Source: an uncultured cyanobacterium | GTDB lineage: Bacteria; Cyanobacteriota; Cyanobacteriia; Cyanobacteriales; Cyanobacteriaceae | DNA length: 64,000 nt | Reading direction: 5' to 3' | Assembly: GCA_963710605.1 (NCBI GenBank) | Contig: CAVQBA010000004.1 | Span: 1,358,035 to 1,422,034, forward strand | Shown: positions 60,892-64,000 of the stretch, piece after piece | How the letters are laid out: each line of letters opens with the position of its first letter | How positions within the stretch are numbered: position 1 is the stretch's first letter | Program-made: the position numbers and the translations under genes | The notes under the pieces: model-generated | Told to the model about the DNA's origin: nothing | The model's input: the letters and a program-made list of their open reading frames with translations, nothing else | Database searches by the model: none

Positions 60892-62260
60892 ATGAAAGTT
60901 GTTGAGTTGAGTTTAGTTTTGTTAGTCGTTATGTCCCTTTCGTGGGGATGTAATGACTTTAATTTAATAAGGGAAAAAGTTCTAACAAAAGTAACGAGGT
61001 ATCATTGTCCTTATCGGAAGATCAGTTATTGGATACGGTGCAAAGGCAAACGTTCAACTATTTTTGGGAAGGTGTCGGTCCACATCCGGTCTGGCAAGGG
61101 AACGTATCCATATGGATAATGTATACCCTTCCAACGACAAGAATGTGATTACCATTGGAGGTTCCGGTTTTGGTTTAATGGCAATTTTAGTCGGAATCAA
61201 TAGGGGATTCATTTCACGGGAAGAAGCTCTTGTTCGTTATGAAAAGGCTATACAGTTTCTTGAGAGAAAAGCCGATCGGTTTCATGGCGCATGGCCCCAC
61301 TGGTTATCGCCCACGGGTAAAACAGTCCCGTTCGGTAAAAAGGATAATGGGGAGATTCAGTGGAAACCGCATTTTTAATTCAAGGGCTTTTAACGGTAAG
61401 GGAATATTTTAAAGATGGTACCGATACAGAGAAAGCATTGTGCGCCAAAATTCAGAAGTTATGGGAAGAGGTCCAGTGGGACTGGTATACCCAAGGAGGT
61501 CAAAACGTATTATATTGGCATTGGTCCCCAAATTATGCCTGGGAAATGGACTTTGATGTTCATGGGTATAATGAAACTTTGATTATGTATATTTTGGCGG
61601 CTTCCTCACCCACACATCCCGTAGAAAAAGAAGTATATCATGAGGGGTGGGCAAGAAACGGGGCAATTACCAAAGATACTGTTGTATTTGGTCTTGAAAC
61701 GAATTAGACGTTATCCAGGAGGAGACTCTCCTGTTGGACCATTATTTTGGGCCCACTATTACGCACACCGGCCTTAACCCTAGAGGCCTGAGCGATTCCT
61801 ATGGGGATTACTGGAAATTGAACCAAAACCATGCCCTCATCCACTACCGGCATAGCGTGAAAATCCAAATAGTTTTAAGGGTTACGGAGAAAAATGCTGG
61901 GGACTTACCTCAAGTTACTCCATTAATGGATATACGGCACACAGACCAGATAATGACCTAAGTGTCATTTCGCCTACTGCGGCACTATCTTCCATGCCCT
62001 ATACTCCAAAAGAGAGCATACGGTTCTTGAGGTTTTTGTATGAGGAGCAAGATTCCCTTATCGGAAAATATGGTCCTTACGACGCATTCAACTTGGAGAA
62101 AAATTGGTATTTACCCAGATATCTTGCGATTGATCAAGGTCCTATTCCGGTCATGATCGAGAATTATAGGAGTGGTCTTTTGTGGAACTATTTTATGAAG
62201 AACGAGGAAGTTCAAAAAGGACTGAGAAAACTAGATTTCAAGATAGCGGAAGGTAATTGA
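60892..62260 (+). CDS. GH144-like (DUF3131 glucoamylase-like) glycosidase, frameshifted
   Basis: SGLARER, GGSGFG, ADRFHGAWPHW, ETAFL.QGL, LYWHWSP, GYNE, YLAIDQGPI..MIENYRSGLLW. Confidence 0.82.
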
Positions 62261-62305
62261 TTCAGCATAGCGGGGACCAAAATTTGAGTAGACAAACAAA
62301 ACAAT

Positions 62306-63705
62306 ATGATCAGAAAGTTATTTTATTTGGTTTTAGTGGTTCTAGTCTCTTGTTCCGATGACGGGCAACCACCAGTTGATTCGAAGTCGTTCAGCCAGCA
62401 GTGGAAACGCCAGATCCTCCACAGGAGGTAGAAGAGCTATCCAACGAAGAGTTGATGGATGTCGACTCTGCAAAGGGAAACCTTTGAATATTTCTGGGAT
62501 TTTGCAGAAATCTTGCCGGATTCGGGTGCTGCCAGAGAGCGTTACCACCCTACTGAACCAGGTTTGGGAGAAGGCACTGTTGCAATTGGGGGTACGGGTT
62601 TTGGCTTAATGGCGATTCTCGTAGGTATAGAAAGAAATTTTATCACTAGGGCAGAGGGGTTGGAACGACTAGAGAAAATCGTTGATTTTTTGGAGACTGC
62701 CGATAGGTTCCACGGCGCATGGCCACATTGGCTCAATGGAGCTACAGGTGAAGTTATTCCTTTTAGTGCGCTTGATGACGGAGGGGATTCAGTGGAAACT
62801 TCTTTTTTAGCACAAGGGCTCATTTGTATCAAAGAATATTTTAAGGACGGGAATACTGAAGAATTACTGTTGGCCGAAAAAGCGGATGTCGCTTTGGAAA
62901 GGTGGAGTGGGATTGGTATACGCAAGGCGAAGAAGTGCTTATACTGGCATTGGATGTCCTTTGAACGAATTTGTCGATTAACTTACCAATTAAAAAGCAG
63001 ACAATGAGACTTTGATTACATATGTGATGGCGGCGGCTGTTCCTGAAAATTTTATTACTAAAGAAGTATATGAAAATGGTTGGGCTTCCAATGGCTCTAT
63101 TGTCTCTTCCAACATGCCTTATACTATCCCTATATTGGTAGATCATTCTGGTTCACCGGAATTTGGCGGTCCAGCTTCTCTGGGCACATTATTCTTTCCT
63201 GGGAATGAACCCCAATGGACTTTCAGATAGCTACGTTGATTACGGAGCAGTCGCCGTAAACCACACAAGAATAAATTACAATTATGCTATTGAAAATCCT
63301 TTGGGATATAGGGATTATGGTCCGGATGCTGGGGACTTACCGCAAGCTATACCCGAAATGATGACGGGAGTATTGGCTACAGCGCTCACAGTCCGGCGAA
63401 TGGTTCTTGGTGTAATTTCGCCCACGGCAGCCATAGGTTCCATACCGTATACGCCTGAGGTATCGTTAAGGGCAATGCAGACTTTCTATAGGTTAAAGGA
63501 TAGGCTATTGGGTCCCGCAGGATTTTATGATGCTTACAGCCCACAAGAAAATTATTGGGTCGCCGAGGCTTAATTGGCCATTGACCAAGGACCACAAATT
63601 ATCATGATAGAAAACTACCGCAGCGGGTTATTATGGGAGTTATTCATGCAAAATGAAGATGTACAAAATGGACTCGACAAATTAGGATTTTCGTTTACGC
63701 CATAG
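62306..63705 (+). CDS. Second GH144-like glycosidase (lipoprotein), frameshifted
   Basis: QRETFEYFWD, SGAARER, GGTGFG, ADRFHGAWPHW, WAHYS, AIDQGPQIIMIENYRSGLLW. Confidence 0.82.
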
Positions 63706-63745
63706 AACAACCTTTAAATCATTCTAAAAAGAAGGGACAATAAAA

Positions 63746-64000
63746 ATGAGATATAAGTACAGACTTTTTACAAAGCGATTTTAATTTGTTTGATTATTCC
63801 TTTATCACTGCCGGACGAGTAAACAGTGAAATTCCAGAAGTACAATCACTTTTGGATAAAATGACGTTACAGGAAAAAATAGGCCAGTTGAATTTATTGA
63901 CTCCGGGTGGTGGAGTGGCTACCGGATCGGTGGTAAGTAAGGATGTAGAAGCCAAAATTAAAGCCGGACAAGTTGGTGGGCTATTTGGTGTAGCCGGTCC
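63746..64000 (+). CDS. bglX: GH3 beta-glucosidase (BglX-like), 5' part; runs off the window
   Basis: LLDKMTLQEKIGQLNLL...TGSVVS...IKAGQVGG.F. Confidence 0.75.

Noticed and set aside
251-63595. Numerous 60-170 aa ORFs overlapping longer genes (e.g. 251-433, 14574-14864, 27855-28157, 44915-45241, 48794-49423, 58066-58536)
   Set aside because: Antisense or alternate-frame shadows of recognisable genes, with no motifs of their own.
44727-64000. IS3-mediated horizontal transfer of a Bacteroidota island into the cyanobacterium
   Set aside because: The compositional switch lies ~100 bp outside the IS3 end, inside an IS256 fragment, and sequence quality differs between the two sides. A chimera is simpler, pending read mapping.
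48245-64000. Mass pseudogenisation or programmed frameshifting of the Flavobacteriaceae genes
   Set aside because: Indels are scattered while protein motifs stay intact, which is typical of uncorrected long-read error.

Overview
The window joins two unrelated genomes. Bases 1 to ~44,629 are AT-rich unicellular cyanobacterial DNA (Cyanobacterium/Geminocystis-like by inference), with dense HIP1 (GCGATCGC/CGATCG) sites and heptameric tandem repeats. This part holds housekeeping genes (ygfZ-like, purH, ffh, mutT, UvrD helicase, Cu-ATPase) and two type II toxin-antitoxin pairs. It also has an FHA/c-di-GMP cluster (ComFB/CdgR-like receptor, stand-alone FHA, three tandem FHA-PAS-GGDEF-EAL paralogues with graded motif loss), cheA/cheW, and a nuclease-ParA plus ParB-like pair. 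Missed by the ORF track is a nitrogen-control locus: NtcA-like box, glutamine riboswitch, 34-aa ORF and pirA. At ~44,629 a pentapeptide-repeat gene breaks directly into an IS256 transposase fragment, followed by a complete IS3 element and an IS1595 stub. From there to the end the DNA is Flavobacteriaceae-like and increasingly frameshifted. It encodes hydrolases, a polyglycine-hydrolase-like serine hydrolase and a SusC/SusD-GH144-GH144-GH3 locus, probably for beta-1,2-glucan. The join is most likely an assembly chimera. All family calls come from motif recognition by eye; no searches were run.
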